Shown: positions 39,368 through 49,963, numbered from the stretch's first letter. The stretch: DNA of 64,000 bases from a virus (IMGVR_UViG_3300042258_000071:128001-192000), one strand, 5' to 3'. Program-made: numbers and translations. The notes: generated from the sequence alone by a model not told the origin.

Positions 39368-39493
39368 TTTGGCGGTCAATTGGCATGCAGATGCTGATAA
39401 TTTGAAAGAAGAAGAGTCAATTGAGTTCGTAAATATACATTGTCCGGACCCGTATAATTCACTGACGCAATTTACCCAATACACCGTAAAGAT

Positions 39494-39521
39494 AGAGAGG
39501 GGAGCGTTGGCTCCCCTCTCT
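39494..39521. terminator. bidirectional terminator hairpin
   Basis: AGAGAGGGGAGC/GCTCCCCTCTCT between convergent genes. Confidence 0.7.
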
Positions 39522-39536
39522 CTTAATTTTTTACTT

Positions 39537-40646
39537 TTAAGCAGGACTTTCTAGGGCTTCAATGCGAGATGTTAAATCGTCAATGATAGCTTGAAGTCCT
39601 GTTATAGTCGAAACCGCTTGAGCACCTGTATGGGTCGTACGATCACGAAGGTTCGCATCCGTATCATTCACAGTGGCACCGGCGGAGATGCCTGCTAGCT
39701 TAGTCTGTTCAAGTGTCGTATAATTTTCATCTGATAATACTTTAGTACCATCAACATCAACCTTCCCTGCGAGAGCACTTGTTGTTGCAGCATCATCTGC
39801 TTTCGCATCTAACTCAGTCTGTAGACCAGTGATGGTTGAAATGGTCTGAACACCCGTGTGCGTGGTACGGTCTCGAAGGGCGACGTCAGTAGCATTAGCA
39901 GTAGCAGCATCTGCAATACCCGCAAGTTTAGTTTTTTCAAGAGAAGTGTAATTCTCATCTGAAAGAACTTTAGTTCCATCAACATCAACCTTGCTCCCTA
40001 GTGTGGTTGCTAAGTTGGTTATGGTGGAAATATCTTGAACCCCTGTGTGGGTTGTTCGGTCTCGGAGAGCTGCATCCGTAGCATTGGCGGTTGCACTCGT
40101 TGCTATACCTGCCAATTTGGTTTGTTCGGCCACTGTAAAGTTTACGTCAGAAAGGACCTTGGTGCCATCAACATCAACTTTACTATCAAGGGATGTTTGA
40201 AGACCTGTTACTGTAGAGATAGTCTGTGTACCAGTGTGTGTAGCGCGATCGCGCAGTTCCGCATCTGTAGCATTTAAGGTTGCTAAAGCTGCAATCCCTG
40301 ACAGTTTTGTTTTTTCAAGAGTTGTATAGTTTTCATCCGAGAGAACCTTAGTTCCGTCGATGTCGACTTTACTATTTAACTCCGTTTGTAGATTTACAAC
40401 TGTTGAAATAGCTTGAGTACCCGTATGCGTTGCACGATCCCGGAGGGCTGCATCTGAAGAATTAGCAGTAGCTGCGGCTTCAATTGCATCGAGCTTGTCT
40501 TTAAGTTCTTGAGAAAAGGGCACCCATCCCTCAGGGATTTCACCATCCAGGCTAACAACAGCAGTGCGAAGCTCATTAATGTGCGTCAGCATCTCCTTAA
40601 AAAGATGCTCCCATTTAGATACGCTATAGGGCTGGGTCAAAGACAT
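39537..40646 (-). CDS. fibre-like virion protein with ~4.5 tandem 63-aa repeats
   Basis: Repeat KTKL.GIA..AT.N.TDA.LRDR.THTG.Q.IST.T.LQ..L..KVDVDGTKVLSDENYT; AGGAG RBS on the minus strand. Confidence 0.75.
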   Translation of the reverse strand: MSLTQPYSVSKWEHLFKEMLTHINELRTAVVSLDGEIPEGWVPFSQELKDKLDAIEAAATANSSDAALRDRATHTGTQAISTVVNLQTELNSKVDIDGTKVLSDENYTTLEKTKLSGIAALATLNATDAELRDRATHTGTQTISTVTGLQTSLDSKVDVDGTKVLSDVNFTVAEQTKLAGIATSATANATDAALRDRTTHTGVQDISTITNLATTLGSKVDVDGTKVLSDENYTSLEKTKLAGIADAATANATDVALRDRTTHTGVQTISTITGLQTELDAKADDAATTSALAGKVDVDGTKVLSDENYTTLEQTKLAGISAGATVNDTDANLRDRTTHTGAQAVSTITGLQAIIDDLTSRIEALESPA

Positions 40647-40753
40647 GTCTTAACTCCTAATTTTTAAATAAATAACCATGGCCATAGAGATGACATCAAA
40701 CGGCATTATTTGATATCATAAAATTGGGCACATATTCAAAAGGACTACAGGCA

Positions 40754-40761
40754 TATATTAC
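40754..40761 (+). promoter_or_regulatory. early promoter motif TATATTAC
   Basis: Exact motif plus N5-TGA. Confidence 0.7.
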
Positions 40762-40801
40762 GACGATGAAGAGTAGTTATGTGTTTATAGGAGATTTCTT
40801 A

Positions 40802-41323
40802 ATGCCCAAAACTTCTTGCCATGGCAATATTCAATTCTGTATGATGACCCATTCTCCGGAAAATGCGACCGTTGAAATAGACCCCCCGTCCGAACTATCG
40901 CTGTTTGATTACACGTCAGATGGTGTTTTTAAAGAAATACCTTTTTCAGAAGTAACCTATATTGATACTGGAAAATATCTTACACCAGAACAATGTATGA
41001 TTATTCAAGATGAAACATTTCAAGTCTTAGCGTTTCGCATTGTTAAAGATGTAGAACGTCAGCCCGTTATCTTTGTAAATGTACATCCTAAAGATAAGAT
41101 CTATACATCTTCAGTCATTGTACACTTAGTTGATAACAAATATTTAGTACTGATGATGGGTGTAAGAAATTTGGATATCGAAAATTTCAAAGTATATCTT
41201 AGATCTTTCATGATACAGTTCCTTGATATTCAGATTGGGAAATCTGAATTAGTTTCAGATGGAATTGTTAAAATGCAATCGTTTCTTAGGAACATCTCAC
41301 GTAAAGAATTTGCAGTTAATTAA
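40802..41323 (+). CDS. hypothetical early protein
   Basis: Start at 40802 after AGGAG. Confidence 0.55.
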   Translation: MPKTSCHGNIQFCMMTHSPENATVEIDPPSELSLFDYTSDGVFKEIPFSEVTYIDTGKYLTPEQCMIIQDETFQVLAFRIVKDVERQPVIFVNVHPKDKIYTSSVIVHLVDNKYLVLMMGVRNLDIENFKVYLRSFMIQFLDIQIGKSELVSDGIVKMQSFLRNISRKEFAVN

Positions 41324-41357
41324 CCCCCCCCCAGAACCATGAAGGGACTAGGCGACT

Positions 41358-42053
41358 ATGTCTAATGATGAAATGTTTACAGAATCCCATATGACAATCC
41401 ATAGTGGGTTTGCTAATGGGGAGTCTTTCTCACATGAAGCTTTCAAATTTCTAAAAGTAGACGTTGAGAAAGACTTTCAACTTAATGATCGCGGATTGAA
41501 ATCCGATAATGTGGATATGATTCGCGATATCATTAATGAGGAACACGAAGTCCATGATGAAAACTGTAAAGGACGGGTATCGCACCTGCAAAGTGTCCAT
41601 GATAATGAGCAGGCTGTTCATATCACGGTAAGATCATGCCGAACATCTATCGGGGTAGGAGTCTCAACTGACAGATATTCAAGTGGGAGTGAAAAGGGTC
41701 ATGAAGCCATGTGTTACATGATTCTTCTATCCGGTCCCATTGATGGTTATGTCTCAGGTAGAAGTTATGTTCGAGAGAACTACTATAACGAGACGTACAC
41801 TATTCTTGAGACTTCAGGTGCCCTTTTCCTTTCAAGACTCGCATCTCATTTCACTTCTATGGTGATTGAGCGTCACAACGATGTTAAACATAAATATACT
41901 GACATCTTTTCTAATGTCCTTCAGGGGTTTAACCCTGAAGTCTTACAGCCCTTAATTTATACTGCACTTGTCGACTCAATGTCACGCTGGGAAACTATAG
42001 ATCTTCGAGATGATGATCGTAAATTTCTAGATAAATTTAAGAAACCAGAATAA
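41358..42053 (+). CDS. hypothetical protein
   Basis: 231-aa ORF. Confidence 0.55.
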   Translation: MSNDEMFTESHMTIHSGFANGESFSHEAFKFLKVDVEKDFQLNDRGLKSDNVDMIRDIINEEHEVHDENCKGRVSHLQSVHDNEQAVHITVRSCRTSIGVGVSTDRYSSGSEKGHEAMCYMILLSGPIDGYVSGRSYVRENYYNETYTILETSGALFLSRLASHFTSMVIERHNDVKHKYTDIFSNVLQGFNPEVLQPLIYTALVDSMSRWETIDLRDDDRKFLDKFKKPE

Positions 42054-42125
42054 TAAAACTTACAACCATCTAACAATATAAGAAGTTGACATAGCTTGCG
42101 TATGCAATGGTTATATATTGTACAC

Positions 42126-42171
42126 AATAGTGGGGCGTGAAATTTCACACCCCACTTCTATTTTAACAAAA
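42126..42171 (+). repeat. 46-nt terminator-like direct repeat, copy 1
   Basis: 42/46 identical to 46380-46425. Confidence 0.75.
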
Positions 42172-42216
42172 GTATCTTATTCATTCACCATGTGAATAGA
42201 GAAAGGGTTCTCTAAG

Positions 42217-42774
42217 ATGAAAGTGCTAATAGACGTTCTAAATCCACAAACATTGGACCATGTTTTAAAGTATGATTCTTGTAGTGAAAGTGACACTGAT
42301 GATGGCGTTGAGAAAGTTTATGTTCTGGGAGAAATTACTCCCTCAACTATAAAACTTCGTGGGGGTGTATTTGGATCTCATTTAAATGGCGTTACCAGTC
42401 AAACTTTTGGCTGTGAAAGATACTTTGAGCAACCAGACGATCCTGCTTTGAAATTCTACGAACCCTCAGATCCCGATCGTTATCGTTGTGGCATCATTGA
42501 ATGCCAGACCATTCAAATCATCAATGATGTTAAATCTCCTCTATTCTACTTGAAACCTGAACTGAATTGTTATGAACACCAGGTGGCACTTAAGGTGCAC
42601 CTCCATCTTGAGATCTACTGTAAAACTGGTGAGATCAAACATGTTAGTGATCCGAAGGTTGAACTATTGACAGATGGGACGCTAACCCCTTATGATGTCA
42701 AACGTCTTTATGATTATGCCTATGAAATTGATTTTTGTTTCACAGATATCATCGCAGAGATAACTGTCATCTAA
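42217..42774 (+). CDS. hypothetical protein
   Basis: 185-aa ORF. Confidence 0.55.
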   Translation: MKVLIDVLNPQTLDHVLKYDSCSESDTDDGVEKVYVLGEITPSTIKLRGGVFGSHLNGVTSQTFGCERYFEQPDDPALKFYEPSDPDRYRCGIIECQTIQIINDVKSPLFYLKPELNCYEHQVALKVHLHLEIYCKTGEIKHVSDPKVELLTDGTLTPYDVKRLYDYAYEIDFCFTDIIAEITVI

Positions 42775-42909
42775 AAGGATAAGTTTACGAGGATAGAGGG
42801 AGAGAGTGAAAACTCTCTCCTTATTTATTATGCCTTATTCTGTTCAAACATCGGATGCTTGGAACCCAGTTCAGAGCCAGCATGATCGAAGTGAATGGAG
42901 GAAAAGAAG

Positions 42910-43398
42910 ATGTCATATGTTACGTATATTGGACATCCTGCTGTCGCAGATACCCCCACCAGAAACGGTACGGTGTATACAAAAGTCTGCGATCGAGCGT
43001 GTCATATCGGAACTTGTTGCCATGGGTACAGATATCCCCGTAGTAATAAATTCCGGATCTCCTATCCGCGATGGAAAATTGGAGATAAATCCAACTGATG
43101 TATGCGGATTCGCCAACAAACTCTACCTGGAAGGTAAAAATTTACGGTGTGAGGTAGTTATGCTCTCACATGGAAAATCTCTTCATTCCGGGGTTAGTTT
43201 TGAAGACTATGGATTGATATCACAGATCGTCGTATGGTTGGTACAACTCAAGAAATTGATCGGTTCACGATCCATTCAATTGGGGTAATCGATATGTCAA
43301 ATTCCTCTTCGGGATTTGACATGCCGTTACAAAGGCTTACCACGGAAAAAAATTCTGACAAACGCGTTAATCACGAATCTCCCAAAACTGAAGAATAA
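42910..43398 (+). pseudogene. prohead-protease-like hypothetical gene with two compensating frameshifts
   Basis: GGAGG-ATG at 42910 (…DTPTRNGTVYTK), continues in +1 frame (SAIERVI…), returns to the original frame after ~43204. Confidence 0.45.
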
Positions 43399-43588
43399 CC
43401 ATCTGATGGGTTACAGAAAACGTATGCCTTCTGTAATATCGTATTCCGATCGGTGACACACAACTGCCCACTTATAATTAAATCAACTGGGGTCAACCTA
43501 TAGATTGCGTACATGATTCGAGATCGGCACTCTACAACCTAAAGATTTATAGGAATACGCATTAACGAAAAGTGTCCACTAGCGCTCA

Positions 43589-44083
43589 ATGAAAGGTATA
43601 TTTACTATGACCATCAATGTCATTTCGGCTTTCCCAGGTACTGGAAAATCCCACTTCGCCGCAATCAGAAACAAGAACAATATCCCTACTCACGATTCCG
43701 ACTCATCAAAGTTTCCCAAGGGAAACGGAGAATTCCCAGACAACTATATTGAGCACATCAAAACGATTATTACCAATAATGAACAAATACTGGTAAGTAG
43801 CCATGACGACGTTCGAAAGGCACTAAAGCGTTCCGGTATTCGCTTTATTTTAGTATTCCCCGAGATTACCTGTAAATCGGAATACCTTGAACGATATAGA
43901 CGTCGGGGATCCCCAGATGCGTTTGTTCAGATGATGGAAGATAACTGGGAAAAGTTTATCGAATCGTGTGTTTTTGACCAAAATTGCACACAACGAATCA
44001 TTCTCAACCCGGGCACCTACATATCCGATATTTTCATTCCACGTACGTCCCCTACCAGCATCATTCCGTTGGATGATAACTGA
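43589..44083 (+). CDS. P-loop nucleotide kinase-like protein
   Basis: VISAFPGTGKS; DSDSSKF. Confidence 0.7.
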   Translation: MKGIFTMTINVISAFPGTGKSHFAAIRNKNNIPTHDSDSSKFPKGNGEFPDNYIEHIKTIITNNEQILVSSHDDVRKALKRSGIRFILVFPEITCKSEYLERYRRRGSPDAFVQMMEDNWEKFIESCVFDQNCTQRIILNPGTYISDIFIPRTSPTSIIPLDDN

Positions 44084-44238
44084 CACTGTATTGGAAATAA
44101 TCGTGCGTCGTAACACTCAAAATCGGTACACCATGTCCATCTAAATTAAACGAAATAAAGGACGACGTGAAGGGGCATGCAATCGCTCGGTGTGCTCCGA
44201 TCACGTGTTTGTATGATATCACTTAAAAGGAATATCTG

Positions 44239-44988
44239 ATGAATTTTACCAATATCATCCGAGAAGCTATTGATACTGCGGTCAATACCGGTCATCTTCA
44301 TGATCCAGATGAGGGGTTATCATCGTTAATACGGGATGGCCTGATACATGGTCAGGTGACAATTGATGAGATGGCCACCTGTTTGACAGTCCTTCTTGTC
44401 GAAGGTCAAGGTCCTCGGTTGAGACTGCGCACGGGGTACAATGATCGGGGCGATAAACGGGTTGCCGTCGGTTACGTTGGTGGGATCTTTGAAGATCCGG
44501 ATACCATGAAAAAAGAGTTTGCGTGGGGAGAGGGCGGAACATTACTAGAAGCATGTATTGCTCTCCACCGTAAATTCACCTCATCGGTGATATTGACGGT
44601 GTATGAACTTGCACATCGCAGTACTTCAACCAAATACTTGTGCCCGTTTGGCAGCCGAGGACACAAAGTATATGCTGAAGAGATGAACTCTGAGGAAATT
44701 AGTATGCATATCGATTTCCCGTACAACCTTGAAGCATTGATGCAACACTCCGAAGATACGATACGCGGATTTTCACTAAAATATTACGCCAATGAAAGTG
44801 GATCATCCGTGACGCTAAAATTACGTAAAACTGGTATGCATTTTGTTGCGGCATCTCTCTCAGATGCGATCGCATCGGCGTGCCACTATATTCCGGATTT
44901 TGACATGGCCACTCAACGGCCATGTATCAGTGATGGGAAACTCTGCATCGTGGATATCTTCCAGTGGAAAGACGATCCATCTATCTGA
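44239..44988 (+). CDS. hypothetical protein
   Basis: 249 aa, AAGGA RBS. Confidence 0.55.
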   Translation: MNFTNIIREAIDTAVNTGHLHDPDEGLSSLIRDGLIHGQVTIDEMATCLTVLLVEGQGPRLRLRTGYNDRGDKRVAVGYVGGIFEDPDTMKKEFAWGEGGTLLEACIALHRKFTSSVILTVYELAHRSTSTKYLCPFGSRGHKVYAEEMNSEEISMHIDFPYNLEALMQHSEDTIRGFSLKYYANESGSSVTLKLRKTGMHFVAASLSDAIASACHYIPDFDMATQRPCISDGKLCIVDIFQWKDDPSI

Positions 44989-45006
44989 CTAGAGGCGTAT
45001 TCCTGT

Positions 45007-45240
45007 ATGGGAAAATTAACCAAAACACAACGTTTAAAGAGACGCTTTTCTCGCGTCTCTGAGCGATTTGGTAGAGTGCAAAACTATCTTGACGATTATA
45101 CTGCAATTGCTCTCCAGACACAATTTAAGGTGCTTAGTTTCGACATTGCAATACAGCACGACAAACCGTATGCACTTGAACGTCGTATAGACCAATTGGG
45201 TCACAGACTTTCACTATATACTGCAGTAAGTACTTTATAA
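45007..45240 (+). CDS. hypothetical basic protein
   Basis: 77 aa, GAGG RBS. Confidence 0.45.
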   Translation: MGKLTKTQRLKRRFSRVSERFGRVQNYLDDYTAIALQTQFKVLSFDIAIQHDKPYALERRIDQLGHRLSLYTAVSTL

Positions 45241-45285
45241 TGTGAATATCAGTTTCAATCTCAAACATACAGAAAGGCTCCGGTT

Positions 45286-45873
45286 ATGGATTTTGATCAA
45301 TGGGTATCAAATGCTGAGTTGGCCGGCCTATTCACGGCGGAGGAATATCCCGGTGATAAATTTGGCAATTACGGCGGAATGCCTCCAAATCATCTGTTTT
45401 ATTATGCAACAAGTGGCATGATTAATGGACTCGTTAATTATGTCAATATTTCCAGAGGGTTCTTAACCAATCGAAACGGACAGCATTTAAAGGAAGATTT
45501 GGAAGACCAATTTGAAGATGGGGGTCACTGTCTTGAAAGCCTAAGTGCTGAAGATCGATATCAACGATTCCTTAATATATTGGAGTCGAGGCACAACTTC
45601 GATCCCAACATCTTTGACGATGTGATCTTGTTCGGAGAAACGGACTTCGATCTGTGGATGTTGGAATATGCACAATCTGGACGTTCCCGTATCATGCGGG
45701 TGGCGAAGAAAACCTTTCCAGACATGTCCCTGTCGGAACTGATCGCTATGGTGGAACAACGTCATTCGAAATGCTGGCAACGTGAGGATAATGATCCTCA
45801 TGGATTTGGCAATGGCGATGCTCCTATGTTCTTGGAAATTCGTCGACAACAGTGGGGTTGGATTTCCGAATAA
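45286..45873 (+). CDS. hypothetical protein
   Basis: 195 aa. Confidence 0.55.
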   Translation: MDFDQWVSNAELAGLFTAEEYPGDKFGNYGGMPPNHLFYYATSGMINGLVNYVNISRGFLTNRNGQHLKEDLEDQFEDGGHCLESLSAEDRYQRFLNILESRHNFDPNIFDDVILFGETDFDLWMLEYAQSGRSRIMRVAKKTFPDMSLSELIAMVEQRHSKCWQREDNDPHGFGNGDAPMFLEIRRQQWGWISE

Positions 45874-45937
45874 ACCCTATTGATATCCGATAGCAGGCCA
45901 AAGCCCCACTACCTATGATCATTGATTCTTTGATAAT

Positions 45938-46363
45938 TTGAAAGCCCTGAACATGAAATTATATCATACGACCGTCGATGAACTGTCCAATCTCATCGGT
46001 AACATTTCTGAAGATTATCTCGCATGTTCCTACAACGATCGCGATGTCATGACACTCATGTGCGAACGCGATATCGGTTCTGGTAAACGATCTCCATGGG
46101 GAGGTTGGGGCATTGTTGATTTCATGAAAGAAAAACTGACTCCAGCCGGAGTGGTGCTGGAAGATTACTTCTGGGAAGTCGTTCTCCATGTTGGCGTTTG
46201 GCCGGGTTTGGATGGTACGTACGAACTAGGCTCCGCTGAGTTTAAAGAATACGTCCTCAGTGAAAAATCGTTATTCCATTCGGAAGATAGGGACTTAACG
46301 ATGCGCACCATGGATAGCGTTATTAACCGGTTTAAAGAACGAAGGACTTCAGAAGAGGTATAA
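45938..46363 (+). CDS. hypothetical protein
   Basis: ORF ending just before repeat copy 2. Confidence 0.5.
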   Translation: MKALNMKLYHTTVDELSNLIGNISEDYLACSYNDRDVMTLMCERDIGSGKRSPWGGWGIVDFMKEKLTPAGVVLEDYFWEVVLHVGVWPGLDGTYELGSAEFKEYVLSEKSLFHSEDRDLTMRTMDSVINRFKERRTSEEV

Positions 46364-46379
46364 TCAGGATACTATACAT

Positions 46380-46425
46380 AATAGTGGAGTGTGAAATTTC
46401 ACATTCCACTTCTATTTTAACAAAA
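46380..46425 (+). repeat. 46-nt terminator-like direct repeat, copy 2
   Basis: 42/46 identical to 42126-42171; differences preserve the stem. Confidence 0.75.
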
Positions 46426-46528
46426 TAATTCATTTGTATATACTAGAAGTGTATACCTCACTCGGAAGTTGACGATGATGTTGATTGTAGTGAGTAATGT
46501 TAACTGTCCTGATGAATAGGATATCGAC

Positions 46529-47716
46529 ATGAATACGGAAATGAGACTCAATCTCTTTGAGACTGTAAACGATTCAGCGATTGTTGATTTGGTTGTGGAG
46601 TTTGTTTATGACTGGAATGCCCTTGTTAGAAAGGAGCTCAGTGAACGTAATAACGTTATAAGACTGAGTGCGGTCGAATCAGGTTCGTTCAAATTATACA
46701 TGAAATTCTGGGAAGATTTGAATGCAGAAGTAAAACCTCTGTTTCTATCAGATCGGGAAATCTCTGAAGCATCACTAATATCAGGTGACACCTCGATCAG
46801 TTCACTAGATACCAATGCCCCAGTTGAGTGTAATATTGGTAACTCAAATGTTTATTCACAAAAGAATGGTGGGGACACCCCTTCTTTCTTCGATGGAGCA
46901 GGACGTAAACGCCTATCACCGACCTATCGGGTGAACTGGTTTGAAGATAATGTGATGCTTGATTATGTCGGTGGGATTCAGGTGGAATCTCAGTTTTCTT
47001 ACATCGGGTTTGGGCGCATTGAGAAACTTGTTGTGTTCTCTGCTTTGGAAACATGCCCCCGCCACAATATCTTTAAAAATATGAGACAGGTTTACCAGGA
47101 TTTGTTTCAGTTCATAGCCACTGAAATTTTCCCTCTCACTCAAAAAGTGTCTCTTGATGAAAACCCCGATGAAAGTATGAAATTAGAGAAAAATGCTAGT
47201 TGGCTTTATTGGGAAATCATGATGACGCATCTATTCAATAGTGAATTCCCAAAAGCTAGTAAAAATCTATGGTGGAAGCTACCTGAAGCTACCTCAAATC
47301 TTTTGACCAAATTTAAAATAACTGAGAAATACAAAGAGGTACTAAATTCTAAATATATAATCTTGCATAAACATATCTTTGACTTTCTCTCTCGCAAATA
47401 TGGGATGATTGGATATTCTAACGGAGTAGGACTTTGTCAAATATCTAAAGAAACTTGGCATAACTGCTTTCAGAATCCTCCGGAAAACATCACTATCCCT
47501 ATTCCAGGATTTGGGGAAGTATCAGCACTGATGACGATCTATCGTTATGCTCAATATCGATGCAAGCCTTTCGGATTCAGAGCATGGCAAACCCCTCAGA
47601 AAGATGCTGTTCATTCTGTCTTAAAATGTCCTCATGGAAAAGATCCTTTCGATCAAAAGAAGCGTCATGAGAAATATCGTACTGTAACAGAGAATGACAT
47701 TGTCCCTATGGATTAA
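46529..47716 (+). CDS. hypothetical protein
   Basis: 395 aa, AGGA RBS. Confidence 0.6.
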   Translation: MNTEMRLNLFETVNDSAIVDLVVEFVYDWNALVRKELSERNNVIRLSAVESGSFKLYMKFWEDLNAEVKPLFLSDREISEASLISGDTSISSLDTNAPVECNIGNSNVYSQKNGGDTPSFFDGAGRKRLSPTYRVNWFEDNVMLDYVGGIQVESQFSYIGFGRIEKLVVFSALETCPRHNIFKNMRQVYQDLFQFIATEIFPLTQKVSLDENPDESMKLEKNASWLYWEIMMTHLFNSEFPKASKNLWWKLPEATSNLLTKFKITEKYKEVLNSKYIILHKHIFDFLSRKYGMIGYSNGVGLCQISKETWHNCFQNPPENITIPIPGFGEVSALMTIYRYAQYRCKPFGFRAWQTPQKDAVHSVLKCPHGKDPFDQKKRHEKYRTVTENDIVPMD

Positions 47717-47872
47717 TCATTATTTAAGAGATAAGGAGGTAACATCTAATGCCGACTTCTCAAAAGAACGGGTACAATTAATCACTGTTACGTGGTCTTA
47801 GGTAGAACAACAAACTCAGGGGAGGGACATTTGTCCCTCCCCTTTATATTCTACATGAAAGGAAAACCCACC

Positions 47873-48514
47873 ATGGCTGACGCATTTGATCCTAAATCAC
47901 TCCTTGATGGGATGGATGAAATTTCTGGAAAACAGGAATTCGTACGGTTCATGCCAATTAACATGATCATGATTGAGAAATATGATCAAAGAGAAAACCC
48001 ATTCCCAGTGAGTGTGGATCACCTTGTTCCATTCACCGATGCCTCGTCAAACACTAATATACATCTAAGGACCCCGACTTCCGACTCCACTGCGCATCAA
48101 AACAACATATCTTTCTGGTTCGGCGGATTTAGCGTGATTCTACAAGATCTTTCGCACGCTATACATGGAACGCCGCCAAAAGGTAAATCACTGACAACGC
48201 GCGTAGGCTCATCAGCTACGGGTCAGTCCATGCTAGCGCATTTTGTTGGATATCGGTCGTATTGGATGACAACCTTGGTGTTTGATGATGCTAGAAACGA
48301 AAAGAAGTATAAGTATCTACGGGTATTCCTACATGGAACTGTCAAGAAACACATCTCCGAGAAGGAAGAAGCTGTAATACTTTCACAGGTTGACGATCTA
48401 TTGGATCAGATATGTAAACGTATGTTTGGGGACATGTCAGAAGAAGTATTTGAGAGAAGATGTCAGGACACCATAACGTCCCATGTGATTACCATGATAC
48501 GTGACAACGCCTGA
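47873..48514 (+). CDS. hypothetical protein
   Basis: Probable start at 47873 after AAGGA, downstream of hairpin 47818-47843. Confidence 0.55.
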   Translation: MADAFDPKSLLDGMDEISGKQEFVRFMPINMIMIEKYDQRENPFPVSVDHLVPFTDASSNTNIHLRTPTSDSTAHQNNISFWFGGFSVILQDLSHAIHGTPPKGKSLTTRVGSSATGQSMLAHFVGYRSYWMTTLVFDDARNEKKYKYLRVFLHGTVKKHISEKEEAVILSQVDDLLDQICKRMFGDMSEEVFERRCQDTITSHVITMIRDNA

Positions 48515-49079
48515 CCATATGAGGTTTGATATGAAAAATTTAAAATACGTTCACCATATAACTCAGCCTACAAATTTCTCATGTGCACATGCTTGCCTTT
48601 CTATGGTAACTGGCATTGATGTATATGATATCATTTCAAGATGGACACGCCCCATTTCTCACTGGGAAGTGTTGACAATATTAAGTGAAGAAGGGATTGG
48701 GATGATCCCGTATCTTCCAGGTGTTGGAGATCCTTTCGATCACACTGGGGTTTATCTTGTCACAGTTCCAAGTCTTAATAAGTCTGGTGTAACACACTCT
48801 GTCATCATGACATTGGATGAAGAAGGTGAGTACACTGTATATGATCCTAACAAAGGACGACAGATCAATAAGGATCAGTTATTCAGCGATGACCAGTCTA
48901 AATCTGAAAAAGTGATACGATACTACACTGCAGATAACTTCTTCATTAGGAATCATAATTCAGATATTCCACCCATGAGGTGCTGTGAAGCATTTAGATT
49001 AATATCCCTAAGAGACCATCGAGCAACACCAGCTCGGATCGATCGCATGCAAAAACTTCTTAATATTACTCAAGCTTAA
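48501..49079 (+). CDS. peptidase C39-like (papain-fold) protein
   Basis: QPTNFSCAHAC (Gln/Cys), THSVI (His), VYDP (Asp). Confidence 0.7.
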   Translation: MTTPDHMRFDMKNLKYVHHITQPTNFSCAHACLSMVTGIDVYDIISRWTRPISHWEVLTILSEEGIGMIPYLPGVGDPFDHTGVYLVTVPSLNKSGVTHSVIMTLDEEGEYTVYDPNKGRQINKDQLFSDDQSKSEKVIRYYTADNFFIRNHNSDIPPMRCCEAFRLISLRDHRATPARIDRMQKLLNITQA

Positions 49080-49092
49080 AACTAGGTGAAAG

Positions 49093-49371
49093 TTGATGAA
49101 CAGAAATGATGTCCCCATGAAAAAGAAAATGTCAATTCAAGATAGGGGTAATTTAGAGACCATCTATAGAAACCTGGTATCCCTCCGAGAAGAACTTTAT
49201 GAAACACAAACAGTTTTAACACCTTCTGAAATTACCATTATAGATAAACTGTCCAATGAATTGATTAAAATTCGAAATCAAGATATGATTATAAATAACA
49301 ATTCAAATGTCTTATCAAAGGAGATTGCATCTAAATGGGGTTATCTACAGGACGAGTATCTCAAATATTGA
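49093..49371 (+). CDS. hypothetical protein
   Basis: 92 aa. Confidence 0.45.
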   Translation: MMNRNDVPMKKKMSIQDRGNLETIYRNLVSLREELYETQTVLTPSEITIIDKLSNELIKIRNQDMIINNNSNVLSKEIASKWGYLQDEYLKY

Positions 49372-49404
49372 AAAATTGTTTCTTAAAAAGTTCCAACTAA
49401 AAAC

Positions 49405-49869
49405 ATGAAGATTTACCATTACTCACCATCATTTATTATGAATGTATCATCTTTACATTCTAGGACTCAGGACTATACAAATGTTTACTGCTACTTCTTC
49501 TTTGAGCCCATTCCAATGAACCTCATTAAAGAGCATTTCAGTGAAACATCTCCACTCCTAAGACATGGAGAGTTATGGGAGAATATTATCGATATAGATG
49601 AACTCCCTCCTTCTCTTCCCTTTGAAATATTAGAAACAGATCACCTATTTAAACAGGTATTGTCGGGTATTGGAAATGATGACCTTAAAGGGTATACTGA
49701 ACTTTTTAAAGGTATGACCCATAAAGCATATGAAGATCTGATCAATCGAGCAGATTTTGAGGATTTCAATAAAGAGTATTATGCACCATATGTTCCACAT
49801 CTTAAATTAAGAACGGACGACTTTGAAATACCAATACATTCAAAAATTGAAATATTGTCATTTTTATAA
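49405..49869 (+). CDS. hypothetical protein, paralogue of 55287..55871
   Basis: Shared YHYSP, FF.P.P..LI..H, LP..L.F.I.ET and YYA..VPH motifs. Confidence 0.6.
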   Translation: MKIYHYSPSFIMNVSSLHSRTQDYTNVYCYFFFEPIPMNLIKEHFSETSPLLRHGELWENIIDIDELPPSLPFEILETDHLFKQVLSGIGNDDLKGYTELFKGMTHKAYEDLINRADFEDFNKEYYAPYVPHLKLRTDDFEIPIHSKIEILSFL

Positions 49870-49963
49870 GAAAACATGTATGACGATGCGAATTTATGGA
49901 GTGGGGATTTTTAATCCCCACTCTTACTTTTTTTTACGTGTGATGTTTAATCGATTTCAGGTA

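Noticed and set aside
39369-39554. 61-aa + strand ORF
   Set aside because: No RBS, TTG start, and it crosses a bidirectional terminator
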